Positions 49,032 to 58,846 of a stretch of DNA of 64,000 bases are shown here, piece after piece; the stretch's first letter is position 1; each line of letters begins with the position of its first letter. The notes under the pieces are model-generated. The model worked only from the letters and a program-made list of their open reading frames with translations, searched no databases and was not told the origin of the DNA. The DNA lies in the NCBI GenBank assembly GCA_964631415.1, contig CAZVZC010000005.1, positions 18,084-82,083 on the forward strand. The letters are read 5' to 3'. The DNA is from an uncultured archaeon (GTDB lineage Archaea; Asgardarchaeota; Thorarchaeia; Thorarchaeales; Thorarchaeaceae). The position numbers and the translations under genes are program-made.

Positions 49032-50214
49032 CACCAAGCCACTTGGCAAGTAAGTTGCCAGATTTCGGATCTCTTGTCGCGATTTGCTCCAATGTATCAT
49101 AGAATGCCCGGCCCGCTCTTCTCCTAGAAACTCTGGACAAATCCGAAATCCTAGAAACGGCATCTGCAGTCTTGTCCCATCTTCTGGCGCCGCGCCAAAC
49201 GAGAAGAGGCCAAGACGGCTCGGAGTAGTCTAGCCGTCGGTATGGTGTATCCGAGCGGCTTGCTACAATCCCCACTGCAAGGAAATCCTGGACATATGCC
49301 AACAGTTTCCAGTTCTGTTCTCTGCGTATTCTGCCAAGTGCCAAGTCAGATAATGACAACGCTTCAAACCCCTGGCTTAACTCATGATAAGCTGTAAGAT
49401 GCAAATGCAGATTCTCCTCAAGCCAGAGCACCATCTCCTCGGGATCAACGTCTGCCTCTGATACAGTCCTTCTAGCCACAATAGGACTGGTTGCCATGAA
49501 CAGCCTGCTTAGGGTTTCCTTGACACCACGACGAACATCTCTTGATGCCAAGGCACTGACTCCTAAGGTAGCATCACCAACAGCAAGCACCTCTAGGTCA
49601 GAGATTGCTGCTCGCAGGTCGCCACCTGACAGTTCAGCTATGTCCTCAAGGACTGTGTCTGCAATTTCGAACCCATTGAGCATCGCAACTCGTTTCAGAA
49701 CGCTGAGTACGTCTTTTGCTTCTATCGGCTTCATGTTGAGTACTCGACAATGTCTTACCAAGTCTTTCAGACGAGGGCTTTCAGGATCGTTAGCAGTCAT
49801 GATTAAGGGGTGGACAGTTTCTTCTATGACTTTCAGGATGGCCCCTGCACCCCCCCTGTCACCAGTACCAGAGAGGCCATCAACTTCGTCCAGCAAGATG
49901 ATGCGCATTCGTCCATCAAGGGTCTGTTGTGTGGACGCAGTCCACACCTGCGTTTCTATGGCTCCCTTGTTGCGCTTGTCACTGGCATTGAACTCGACTA
50001 GTTCAGCATCCAAGTCCCTAGAAAGCGCGACCACAGCTGATGTCTTACCAATTCCTGGCGGTCCCAGTAGCAGCATCGCCTTGATCTTTGGCGTCTTCCG
50101 TTTCCAAGAAGCCACCCACTCACTGAGTTCTTGTAGAGCTTCATGATTGCCTGCCACCTGATCCAAACTCTGGGGCCTGTGCTTCTCAGGCCAAGGCAGA
50201 CCCTCCTCACTCAT
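48973..50214 (-). CDS. rfcL: Replication factor C large subunit
   Basis: WPEKHRP, GPPGIGKTS, EFNASD, LLDEVDG, GDLRAAI, WLEEN. Confidence 0.95.
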   Translation of the reverse strand: MSEEGLPWPEKHRPQSLDQVAGNHEALQELSEWVASWKRKTPKIKAMLLLGPPGIGKTSAVVALSRDLDAELVEFNASDKRNKGAIETQVWTASTQQTLDGRMRIILLDEVDGLSGTGDRGGAGAILKVIEETVHPLIMTANDPESPRLKDLVRHCRVLNMKPIEAKDVLSVLKRVAMLNGFEIADTVLEDIAELSGGDLRAAISDLEVLAVGDATLGVSALASRDVRRGVKETLSRLFMATSPIVARRTVSEADVDPEEMVLWLEENLHLHLTAYHELSQGFEALSLSDLALGRIRREQNWKLLAYVQDFLAVGIVASRSDTPYRRLDYSEPSWPLLVWRGARRWDKTADAVSRISDLSRVSRRRAGRAFYDTLEQIATRDPKSGNLLAKWLGVSRASIASKESPHSRQTRS

Positions 50215-51170
50215 TCCGATTCCTTCTGAAGTCCCACGAAAGACAGCAGCGCTCCAAGCTGAACCTCTCCGCTTGCTCCTTCAGATATACGAAACTCGGC
50301 TTCTGCCGTTCTCTCAAGATAGGCCATTCTCAGACGCTCTGAGAAATCCTGTTTCATGATCTCTCGATGTATCTGCCGTATCAAGTCAAGGGATGATAGT
50401 CCTTGATGATAGATGAGATCTCTGAGAATCTGAAGAGCTGCGTCACACTTGCCAGACTGCGCCATCACCAGCATCTCATGCACTCTCTTAGGGTCTGGTT
50501 GACCTGATATTGCGTAGACGACCTCACCAGTGACGTTTCTACTCGCAGCAGCCGCAGCCTGCAGTAGATTAATCGCAGTCCTCATGTCTCCCTCCGCAAG
50601 ATACAGTATTGCCTCCTTCCCACTGGAAACCAGTTTGACACCTTCTCTTCCTGCGATGTACTCAACCCTACTTGTGATACTGTCCTCTGAGAGCCGGGCG
50701 AACTTGAAGACGGCACATCTTGACTGGATTGGTGGAATGATTCGGCTAGAGTAGTTGCATATCAGTACCATTCGGCACGATGCAGCATTTGCCTCCATTG
50801 TGCGTCTCAGAGCATGTTGTGCGTCACTCGTCAGGTGATCGGCCTCGTCCAAGACGAGAATCTTAAACGGTGCACCTCCTGCAGGAATAGTCCGTGCAAA
50901 GTGCTTAATCTGATTCCTCACGACCTCGATTCCTCTCTCGTCACTTGCATTCAGTTCCATGAAGTTCTGTTCAAACGAGTCACCAAACAGGTCTCTTGCC
51001 ATCGCGATGGCTGCAGTGGTCTTGCTCGTACCGGGCGGACCAGTGAAAAGGCAGTGAGGAATATTCCTGTTCTCAACGAACTTCGCCAGACTTCTGATCA
51101 CCGGCTCTTGGCCGACTATGTCCGTCAGAGTCGATGGTCTGTACTTCTCGGTCCAGAGCTCCATATTCAT
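50211..51170 (-). CDS. rfcS: Replication factor C small subunit
   Basis: WTEKYRP, ELNASDERG, LDEAD, IQSRC, GDMR. Confidence 0.97.
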   Translation of the reverse strand: MNMELWTEKYRPSTLTDIVGQEPVIRSLAKFVENRNIPHCLFTGPPGTSKTTAAIAMARDLFGDSFEQNFMELNASDERGIEVVRNQIKHFARTIPAGGAPFKILVLDEADHLTSDAQHALRRTMEANAASCRMVLICNYSSRIIPPIQSRCAVFKFARLSEDSITSRVEYIAGREGVKLVSSGKEAILYLAEGDMRTAINLLQAAAAASRNVTGEVVYAISGQPDPKRVHEMLVMAQSGKCDAALQILRDLIYHQGLSSLDLIRQIHREIMKQDFSERLRMAYLERTAEAEFRISEGASGEVQLGALLSFVGLQKESE

Positions 51171-51274
51171 TGAGTTTCATCGTCCTGCTGTAGGAAAGTT
51201 GTGACACCTCAGTCTCACAAGGATGAGAGAACTCGCCATCGGCCCTTAAAAGACCCTTCGGGCAAGCTCATTGT

Positions 51275-51454
51275 ATCGTTCATTGTCTGCTGGACAAGAC
51301 TGGACACAGGAGTCCTCGTTTCCCGGAAGCGGCACTAAGGTTACACTCATTGAGGCTACACCATGTCGGGTCAACCTCAAAGAGGGGGTCGTGTCAGGAG
51401 GTATTTCAGTTCATATCGAAGGCTGTCGACAGTGTCCAACCTGTGGACAGATGT
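51275..51454 (+). repeat. Dispersed intergenic repeat, copy B (more diverged)
   Basis: CGTTCATTGT..TGGACAA...TGGACACAGGAGTC...CGGCACT core shared with copies A and C. Confidence 0.8.
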
Positions 51455-51561
51455 CACACGCTCCCACAACGCTCGTGGCTCCATTGCGTTCTGAACGTTG
51501 GGTCTAGCTCCCCACGGGAAGGGCTTTATGAGAGCCACACCAACTTTGGGTTCGTGCTATC

Positions 51562-52122
51562 ATGATGAGAATCTGTGATGACATCGGTGAGATTGTAGAC
51601 AGGTTTAGGATGACGTTTCTTAACGATGTCCGGGAATGCATATTCAGGAAGGATGTTCCGACGATCACCGCCTGTGGTCATCAGATGGGTCCTTTCCACC
51701 AAGGCGACCATGCAGACTTGCCAAACTGGGTCATTGAGAAGTTCCTGAAACACAATCTCGTTGACCTCGCAGCCGAGGACGCCTACGAGTCCCTGAGAAG
51801 AGTGGAGAACCTCTATAGGGAGGACGAGAAACAGCCACACAAACTTCAGCCTTTTCATCCGAATCTCTATGCAGCACTGAATCGCAAGTTGCTTCGGCTT
51901 GAAAGCGATAAGACATCATTAGACCCTAGGAGCTACGAAGAGATTGAGAAGCTCAAACGGATAATCCCATTTCTGGTGGAATCTCGTCTGTCCAAGATAG
52001 TACGTGCAGCGAAGTCTGGTGCCTATCTTGAGATGCGCAAACAGATGGCCAACGAGGAACGCTGGTTATGCGAAGAGCTCTCAAGAATCGTGTCTGAGTG
52101 GCGTGATCGTGTGATGAGATAG
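51562..52122 (+). CDS. gins23: GINS subunit (Gins23-type)
   Basis: N-terminal B domain (GPFHQG...LPNW), helical A domain (RLSKIV, EERWL); directly upstream of mcm. Confidence 0.85.
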   Translation: MMRICDDIGEIVDRFRMTFLNDVRECIFRKDVPTITACGHQMGPFHQGDHADLPNWVIEKFLKHNLVDLAAEDAYESLRRVENLYREDEKQPHKLQPFHPNLYAALNRKLLRLESDKTSLDPRSYEEIEKLKRIIPFLVESRLSKIVRAAKSGAYLEMRKQMANEERWLCEELSRIVSEWRDRVMR

Positions 52123-52215
52123 GCGAAGCCAACACAGGAGCTTAAATATGGATCAACATGCCTAAGCAGCAGACGCAGAGCAGCTGCCCGACCGCGTACT
52201 CTGTTTAGAGCAAAG

Positions 52216-54306
52216 ATGTCGAGGCTGGAATCGATGTCCGGTCATGATGAGGGTCCACAAGAGAGGTTCGAGGAGTTCCTTCGCACCTACAAGGATGAGC
52301 ATGGCAATCTTACCTACTGGCCCAAATGCCAGCAGATGTCTCTCAACGATGAAACATCGCTTGTAGTGGACTTCCAAGACTTGGTGAGCTTTGACAACAT
52401 GTTTGCAGTGCTAGCTGCTGAGGATCCAGGATCGTTTCTCAGCGTGGCCAGCAATGCATTGCTTTCGATTCTCAGGATAGAGGATCCTGAGTATGTGAGT
52501 AAACTGGACATCAGTACGATCAAGATTCGGATAATCAACTACTCCGAACACGTTCCTCTCCGGCACATAAGGTCCAAACACATAGGCAAAATGATTCAGA
52601 TAAGCGGAATCATGATGCGGGCAAGTGAGGTCAAGCCCCTCTTAGTCGAAGCCGTCTTCAGATGCAGAGTCTGCGGGCAGGACATACCGCAGGCACAGGA
52701 GGACGGCCGTTATACCGAGCCTCCGCTATGTCCTACCTGTGGCAAGAAGACAGCCATGCGACTCATTCCTGAGCAATCCAGATTCGTAGACTGGCAGAAA
52801 GTGAGAATACAGGAATCTCCCGACGAGCTTCCTCCTGGGCAGATGCCGAGGTCGGTCGATGTGGTCCTCGAAGGTGACATTGTCGACCTGTCCCGACCTG
52901 GAGACCTAGTGAAACTCGCAGGAGTACTTCAGACGACTCCTGACTTCTCGCGGCACGGCGGCAGGTTGGCCACGTTCAACGTCTTCATAGAGGCCAATGG
53001 CGTTGAAATTGCCGAAAAAGAGTACGAACAACTTGAGATATCGGAGGAAGATGGGAAGCGCATACGTGAATTGGCAGAAGATCCCTATGTACACGAAAGG
53101 GTGTATGCTTCCATCGCCCCCTCTATTCATGGTCATGAACACGTGAAGGAGTCCATTGCTCTGCTGCTGTTCGGGGGCGTGGAGAAAATACTGCCTGATG
53201 GTACACACCTCAGAGGAAGGTCAAACATCCTGATTATCGGTGATCCAGGTACTGGGAAGAGCCAGATCTTGAAATTCGTGGCCGGCCTTGCTTCACGTGG
53301 TCTTTATACTTCTGGCAAAGGCACTACTGCAGCAGGGCTCACGGCAGCTGTGATTCACGATACGGACACAGGAGCCATGACACTTGAGGCAGGAGCACTG
53401 GTACTGGCTGACCAAGGGACTGCATGCATTGACGAATTCGACAAGATGGACCCAAACGATCGCACCGCGATACACGAGGCAATGGAACAGCATACAGTCA
53501 GCATAGCAAAGGCCGGAATCGTCGCCACACTCAATGCAAGGACGTCAATTCTGGCTGCAGCAAATCCTGCTCTGGGTCGATATGAGCCTTCAATGTCGAT
53601 ACAGGACAACATAAAGCTCCCGTTCACGATTCTCTCAAGGTTTGACCTGACTTGGATACTCGTAGACACGGTTGAGCCCACGAAGGACAGGGAGCTAGCA
53701 CAGTTCATACTGAGCATGCATCAGAGGAAGAAGAGCCCGATCAAGGAAACAGTTCCTCCAATTCCACCGGAGTTCCTAAAGAAGTACATTGGCTACGCCA
53801 ATCGCTATGTGATACCTCAGCTAACGCCTGAGGCTGCTGAAGTCATTGAGAACTTCTATGTAGACCTTCGCAAGAGCGCGGAAGGTGGTGCGGCGCCTGT
53901 GCCAATCACTGCTCGCCAGCTGGAATCATTAGTCCGCCTTGCAGAGGCAAGGGCAAGAATGGCTCTACGTCCCAAAGTGACCAAGGAAGATGCCGAAGCA
54001 GCAGTCCGTTTGATGCAGGAATCACTGCGAATGGTTGCACTAGACACTACGACCGGGAAGATTGACATAGACCGACTTGTGTCCAAGATGAGCGCTGCTC
54101 AGCGGAGCTCATCAGACGTGATTCTGAAAGCTGTGAAGGATATGGAGGCCGAAGGCTCTCCTGTCGTGAGCGAGGACGCATTGATACAGAGAGTTACTGC
54201 CATGGGCCTTTCAAGAGAACGTGCTGAAGAAGTCATCAAGAAGCTTGTTGCAGAGGGCATCCTGTTCAACCCACGTGAAGGTAAGATTAAGCGGGCTCAA
54301 GCATGA
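52216..54306 (+). CDS. mcm: Replicative helicase MCM
   Basis: C4 Zn finger, GDPGTGKSQ, AAGLTAAV, IDEFDKM, SRFD, TARQLE; no intein. Confidence 0.98.
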   Translation: MSRLESMSGHDEGPQERFEEFLRTYKDEHGNLTYWPKCQQMSLNDETSLVVDFQDLVSFDNMFAVLAAEDPGSFLSVASNALLSILRIEDPEYVSKLDISTIKIRIINYSEHVPLRHIRSKHIGKMIQISGIMMRASEVKPLLVEAVFRCRVCGQDIPQAQEDGRYTEPPLCPTCGKKTAMRLIPEQSRFVDWQKVRIQESPDELPPGQMPRSVDVVLEGDIVDLSRPGDLVKLAGVLQTTPDFSRHGGRLATFNVFIEANGVEIAEKEYEQLEISEEDGKRIRELAEDPYVHERVYASIAPSIHGHEHVKESIALLLFGGVEKILPDGTHLRGRSNILIIGDPGTGKSQILKFVAGLASRGLYTSGKGTTAAGLTAAVIHDTDTGAMTLEAGALVLADQGTACIDEFDKMDPNDRTAIHEAMEQHTVSIAKAGIVATLNARTSILAAANPALGRYEPSMSIQDNIKLPFTILSRFDLTWILVDTVEPTKDRELAQFILSMHQRKKSPIKETVPPIPPEFLKKYIGYANRYVIPQLTPEAAEVIENFYVDLRKSAEGGAAPVPITARQLESLVRLAEARARMALRPKVTKEDAEAAVRLMQESLRMVALDTTTGKIDIDRLVSKMSAAQRSSSDVILKAVKDMEAEGSPVVSEDALIQRVTAMGLSRERAEEVIKKLVAEGILFNPREGKIKRAQA

Positions 54307-54344
54307 GGAAGGAGCCCATAATGACTTGAGCGGGGCGGACGACA

Positions 54345-56585
54345 ACGCGTCTTGACGAGCTTCCGATAAACCAGCGGGTTATCTCCTTGCTCCAGGAGAG
54401 TGGCATAACTGATCTCTTTCCCCCGCAAGAGGAGGCCTTCAAGACCGGTGTCCTTGATGGAAAGAACCTCGTACTCGCAGTCCCTACCAGCTCTGGCAAG
54501 ACACTGGTTTCTGAGATTTGCATGCTCAAAGCCATACTAGAGGGAAAAGGGAAGGCAGTGTATCTCGTTCCGCTCAAGTCGTTGGCACGGGAGAAGTACG
54601 ATGAGTTTAGGAAGTATGAGAAACTTGGAATACTGACGGCGATGTCCGTTGGCGACTATGATTCTCCCGGGGCGAAGCTCTCCGATGCAGACATACTCGT
54701 GTTGACTACTGAGCGGGCGGACTCGCTCATTTGTCACAAACCTGAGTGGATAGACGACATCGGGGTTGTTGTGGTTGATGAAGTCCATTTGATCAATGAC
54801 CCCTCCAGAGGTCCGACACTCGAGATGGTGATTGCTAAAATCACTCAGATGCTTCCAAGCATCCAAGTCATTGCTCTGAGTGCCACAATACCGAATGCCG
54901 AAGAAATCGCAGCTTGGTTGAAAGCCGAATTGGTTAGGAGTTCCTGGCGGCCCGTGCCTCTCAGTGAAGGAGTGCTCTTCGAGGGCCGAATCAGATTCGG
55001 CAATGGGTCCTCCCGAACGATTCGGCATGCGCGAGGTGAGGAGCTGGCTGACCTCGTCTGCGACACATTAGATGAGAATGGCCAAGTCTTGGTGTTTGTT
55101 TCAAGCCGCCGTTCCGCGGTTTCGGTTGCAAACAAGACTGTGCCCTTCGTACGGCCATACATCTCTCGCAGTACTTTGGAAACGATGTTTCAGGCATCTG
55201 GTAGGATTGGAGGTGGTCCCAATGCTCCTGAGGCATCCAAGGTGCTGGCCAAGATGATGCAAGCTGGTGTGGCTTTTCACCATGCAGGTCTGACAGGTCA
55301 GGAACGCACGACAGTTGAAGACTGCTTCAAGGGCAATCTACTGAAGGTGATTGTTGCCACTCCGACGCTAGCGGCCGGGATTAACTTACCAGCCAGACGC
55401 GTTGTGATACGCGATTATCGCCGCTACGAAGAGGAGCGTGGCAATCAACCTATTCCTGTGCTGGAATACAAGCAAATGGCGGGCCGTGCAGGCCGCCCCA
55501 AGTATGATGTGTATGGGGAGGCCATCCTAGTAGCAAGGACTGAAGAGGAGTACGACTTTCTGATGGACCACTATGTTTCATCTGAACCTGAGGAGATCAA
55601 GTCCAAGCTGGCCTCAGAGTCCGCAGTCCGTTTCCATTTGTTGTCATCCATAGCTGGAGGAATGACACACAACAGAGAAGAGATAGATCGCCTCATGGAT
55701 GGCACCTTCTTCTCATTCCAGTTCAATCGCTGGGAGATAGACCACTACATCTCATCTGCACTGACTTTCCTTGAAGAAGGACGGTTGGTCGGCCGGGGTG
55801 AAAGCGATGAGCTCTATGCGACCAGTCTAGGGGAGAAAGCCGCAAAGCTGTACATTGATCCTCAGACTGCCATCCTGTTTCGAGATGCGCTGTCGGAAGT
55901 CGGAGATGTCCATCCACTTGGCATGCTCCATCTGATATGTAGTACACCTGACCAGCCACTCACATACGTGACACAGGCAGAGATCGAAGACTATGAAGCC
56001 TTCATCAGTAGTCATGAGAGTGAGTTCATTGTTGACATATCCGAACAGATGGAGGACTATGAAGAATACCCACGGTTTCTTGCACAAGTCAAGACAGCAC
56101 GGATGTTGAATGACTGGATATCTGAGCACACAGAACGAAACATCACCGAGGACTATGATGTGGGAATGGGTGATGTCCATCGCTACATTGAGGCTGCAGA
56201 TTGGCTGATGCACGCCGCATCCGAAATTGCTCGAGTCACTGGCAGATCGCAACTGATTCCATCTCTACACGCACTTCAAGTACGGGTCAAGAACGGCGTA
56301 CTTCCAGAGCTATTGGAGCTCATCAGTCTGAGAGGTGTGGGGCGCGTAAGAGGCAGAATGCTGTTCAATCACGGTCTGAGAACTCTCTCCGACTTGTACC
56401 GGGCTCCAGTAGAAGAGATAGCCAGAGTACCTGCGATTGGGCTCACCATCGCCGAGTCCATAAAACACCAGTTGGGCTTTGAAACGAGTGATACCGGCGA
56501 CAAAGTTCCGGTTCCCAGTGATCAGCATGACCAGTCTGGTTCAGCACAGACACTGCTTGAGGAGTTTGAAGACGAGGACAGCTAG
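54345..56585 (+). CDS. hel308: Hel308/Hjm Ski2-like DNA helicase (probable ACG start at 54345; first TTG at 54387)
   Basis: LFPPQ, PTSSGKT, DEVH, SAT, TPTLAAGINLPA, QMAGRAGR, GVGRVRGR. Confidence 0.95.
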   Translation, partial: TRLDELPINQRVISLLQESGITDLFPPQEEAFKTGVLDGKNLVLAVPTSSGKTLVSEICMLKAILEGKGKAVYLVPLKSLAREKYDEFRKYEKLGILTAMSVGDYDSPGAKLSDADILVLTTERADSLICHKPEWIDDIGVVVVDEVHLINDPSRGPTLEMVIAKITQMLPSIQVIALSATIPNAEEIAAWLKAELVRSSWRPVPLSEGVLFEGRIRFGNGSSRTIRHARGEELADLVCDTLDENGQVLVFVSSRRSAVSVANKTVPFVRPYISRSTLETMFQASGRIGGGPNAPEASKVLAKMMQAGVAFHHAGLTGQERTTVEDCFKGNLLKVIVATPTLAAGINLPARRVVIRDYRRYEEERGNQPIPVLEYKQMAGRAGRPKYDVYGEAILVARTEEEYDFLMDHYVSSEPEEIKSKLASESAVRFHLLSSIAGGMTHNREEIDRLMDGTFFSFQFNRWEIDHYISSALTFLEEGRLVGRGESDELYATSLGEKAAKLYIDPQTAILFRDALSEVGDVHPLGMLHLICSTPDQPLTYVTQAEIEDYEAFISSHESEFIVDISEQMEDYEEYPRFLAQVKTARMLNDWISEHTERNITEDYDVGMGDVHRYIEAADWLMHAASEIARVTGRSQLIPSLHALQVRVKNGVLPELLELISLRGVGRVRGRMLFNHGLRTLSDLYRAPVEEIARVPAIGLTIAESIKHQLGFETSDTGDKVPVPSDQHDQSGSAQTLLEEFEDEDS

Positions 56586-57652
56586 AACAGAATTCCCTCT
56601 AGATTGTTCTCAATTACCTTCACCAAATCCTCTGTATAGCGTGTGCAAATGTCACTCTCTGAGTGGCTTCCTCCATACTTCGTTATCTCACGTCCCGACA
56701 GTTCTTCAAGAAGGTTCTGGGATGCACTGCCCACAACATCCAAGTTATACCCTCCTTCAAGGAAGAATGCAAGCCTGCCCTGTGCGTTCTCCTGAGCGAT
56801 TGTCTTGATGCGCGCGTTCATCATGGAGATGCCAGAAGTCGTAAGACCCATGCTCGTCAGCGTGTCCTGAAAATGGCAGTCAAACCCGGCCGAAACGAGT
56901 ACAAACTGAGGGTTGTAGGCCTTTGCCAAGGGTTCAACTATGCGACTGAAGGCTATATCATAGGATGTGTCCCCGGCACCCGGATACATGGACAAGTTCA
57001 CAGTATAGCCCTTGCCCTCTCCCGTTCCAATCTCATCAGGAAATCCCGAACCTGGGAATATCGAACGTCCGTCTTGGTGCATGGTGACATAGAGGACCTT
57101 GTTAGTGGAATAGAAGGCTCTTTGTGTCCCATTACCGTGGTGTGCGTCATAGTCAATGATCATCACCCTGTCAGTCTTTCTCTTTGCCACGAGATGTTCT
57201 GCGGCAACGGCAATGTTATTGACAAAACAGAACCCGAGCGCCCTGTCATATTCTGCATGATGTCCAGGGGGCCTGCAAAGGATGTAGGCATTGTCACTCT
57301 TTCCATCTACTATCCTGTCGACGGCTCCAATGCCTCCTCCTGCCGCCAACACCATGGCATCATATGTGAACGCGTTCACTGCAGTATCGAGAGTAAAGAA
57401 ACCACCACCTCGACGAGACTTCTCACGTATGTCTGTGATGTACCTTCTGTCGTGTAGAGCATAAATCTCATTGAGATCTGGTGGTTCTGGCGTGACTAGT
57501 CTGATGTTTCCAGTTTTGAGTAGGCCCGCTCCATCTATGTATTTCATGGCCATCCTCAAGCGTTCTGGACTCTCTGGGTGTCCCGGAGATATCTCATGTT
57601 TTGTGAACATTTCATGATATACCAAGTCAGTCGTCATCTCAGGATTCCTCAA
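56582..57652 (-). CDS. Zn-dependent histone deacetylase-family protein
   Basis: HPESPER, RPPGHHA, GFC, DYDAHHGNGTQ, SAGFD, EGGY. Confidence 0.94.
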   Translation of the reverse strand: MRNPEMTTDLVYHEMFTKHEISPGHPESPERLRMAMKYIDGAGLLKTGNIRLVTPEPPDLNEIYALHDRRYITDIREKSRRGGGFFTLDTAVNAFTYDAMVLAAGGGIGAVDRIVDGKSDNAYILCRPPGHHAEYDRALGFCFVNNIAVAAEHLVAKRKTDRVMIIDYDAHHGNGTQRAFYSTNKVLYVTMHQDGRSIFPGSGFPDEIGTGEGKGYTVNLSMYPGAGDTSYDIAFSRIVEPLAKAYNPQFVLVSAGFDCHFQDTLTSMGLTTSGISMMNARIKTIAQENAQGRLAFFLEGGYNLDVVGSASQNLLEELSGREITKYGGSHSESDICTRYTEDLVKVIENNLEGILF

Positions 57653-57863
57653 TACGATGGAACTCTCAGACCTACGGGATCAGCAGCACGCTGGACACAG
57701 GCTTGAAACCACTCGTTGTTTACACAGCAACTTAACTGATATGGTACAGCTCCATGTGGCCAATCGGTGAAGCGGACCCAATACACTATCGATGGACAAC
57801 AGATGAATAGGGCATCATGGACAATCTTTATCTTCGCGTTGGTAAACGCCAGCCCTGAGCCAT

Positions 57864-58001
57864 GGGTCGGTAGTCTAGCTTGGTATGATTCTTGCTTGGG
57901 GTGGCTCTGGCATTTTTGCCGGCGCCACAGAATGCAAGCGGTCGGGAGTTCAAGCAGTCGGGGACTTCCCCCGACTGGAACTTATCTCCCCCGGCCCACC
58001 A
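57864..58001 (+). tRNA. tRNA-Pro(GGG) with two introns: 37/38 (57902-57932, 31 nt) and 58/59 (57954-57983, 30 nt), CCA encoded
   Basis: Acceptor GGGTCGG/CCGGCCC, anticodon stem CTTGC/GCAAG, spliced T-arm GGGAG-TTCAAAT-CTCCC; second intron has a GUUC/GAAC helix, AA|G and UU|A bulges and a 9-bp hairpin. Confidence 0.9.
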
Positions 58002-58002
58002 C

Positions 58003-58557
58003 TCACCTCTTTTCAGGAATTTCCCACAGGGTTTCATAGATTGGCCCGGGTGACGTGAGAGTGCTCTTGGTCATTCGAAAAGAGGAAACTGTCATGATAC
58101 CGGCAGACTCTCTAGTCAGCGACTCCAGGTTCCTGACCATCCCCTCTCTGTCATTCACTGCTCGGACTCGGGCTATCGTAGCATGCGCCTTAAACCCCTT
58201 CTCAGGGGGATATCCCAGATTTGCCAGCTGGGCGTCGATTCTTCCCTTGAGATCGGTCATTTGCTGTGCATTCTGTGAAACCCCAACCCATATGACATTT
58301 GGACGTCGTGGGTTTGGAAAGGCACCGATACCCTCCACTTGAATCGTGAAGGGTGGAAACTGCAATGTGCCTAGAGCCTTCCTCATCTCATCGATTCTTG
58401 AAACTGCAGTATCACCAAAGAATCGGAGTGTGAAGTGTATGCTGTCCTTCTCCACAAGCTTGAGTTTGGCAGCTTTGTTGTCGAGTTTGCTCTGAATACG
58501 TGAGATTCGAGCAAGGAGCGCATCGTCATCGATGTCAATACTAAGGAACACCCTCAT
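58003..58557 (-). CDS. thpR: RNA 2',3'-cyclic phosphodiesterase (2H family, 2'-5' RNA ligase)
   Basis: MRVFLSID, HFTLRFFG and HATIAR 2H motifs, GPIY. Confidence 0.95.
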   Translation of the reverse strand: MRVFLSIDIDDDALLARISRIQSKLDNKAAKLKLVEKDSIHFTLRFFGDTAVSRIDEMRKALGTLQFPPFTIQVEGIGAFPNPRRPNVIWVGVSQNAQQMTDLKGRIDAQLANLGYPPEKGFKAHATIARVRAVNDREGMVRNLESLTRESAGIMTVSSFRMTKSTLTSPGPIYETLWEIPEKR

Positions 58558-58846
58558 CTTTTCTGACAAGTGACACACCTCAAGTCTTCTTTGAGTGAAC
58601 TCAGCCTGATTAATACTAGCGGTAAGTCACCCAGAATGAACACGCTCAAACGGCGCCCTAGGAGGATGAATCCAGTGAAACTGGTTGGAATGAAAGGCTG
58701 AAGGGAGTTGGGAGTGAGTTTCTCACTGGATTATAGTCCATGTGGTTAGACACGTCGACTGTCAGCCACTAGGAGCAAGCAGTGACGACCACAAAAGAGA
58801 TTTGGCACACATCGAGACTCAGCTGTGTCAGGTTGGGCATGATGCC

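Noticed and set aside
51271-51507. 78-aa ORF with CxxCPxC
   Set aside because: Lies in repeat copy B; the equivalent frame is stopped early in copies A and C
52216-54306. Inteins in MCM, RFC or Cdc6
   Set aside because: Lengths and motif spacing are those of intein-free proteins
56663-57457. 264-aa plus-strand ORF, and similar long antisense ORFs such as 49496-50146 and 34055-34651
   Set aside because: Fully antisense to well-supported genes, with no recognisable motifs
57767-58039. Short ORFs between the deacetylase and thpR
   Set aside because: They overlap the intron-containing tRNA-Pro gene
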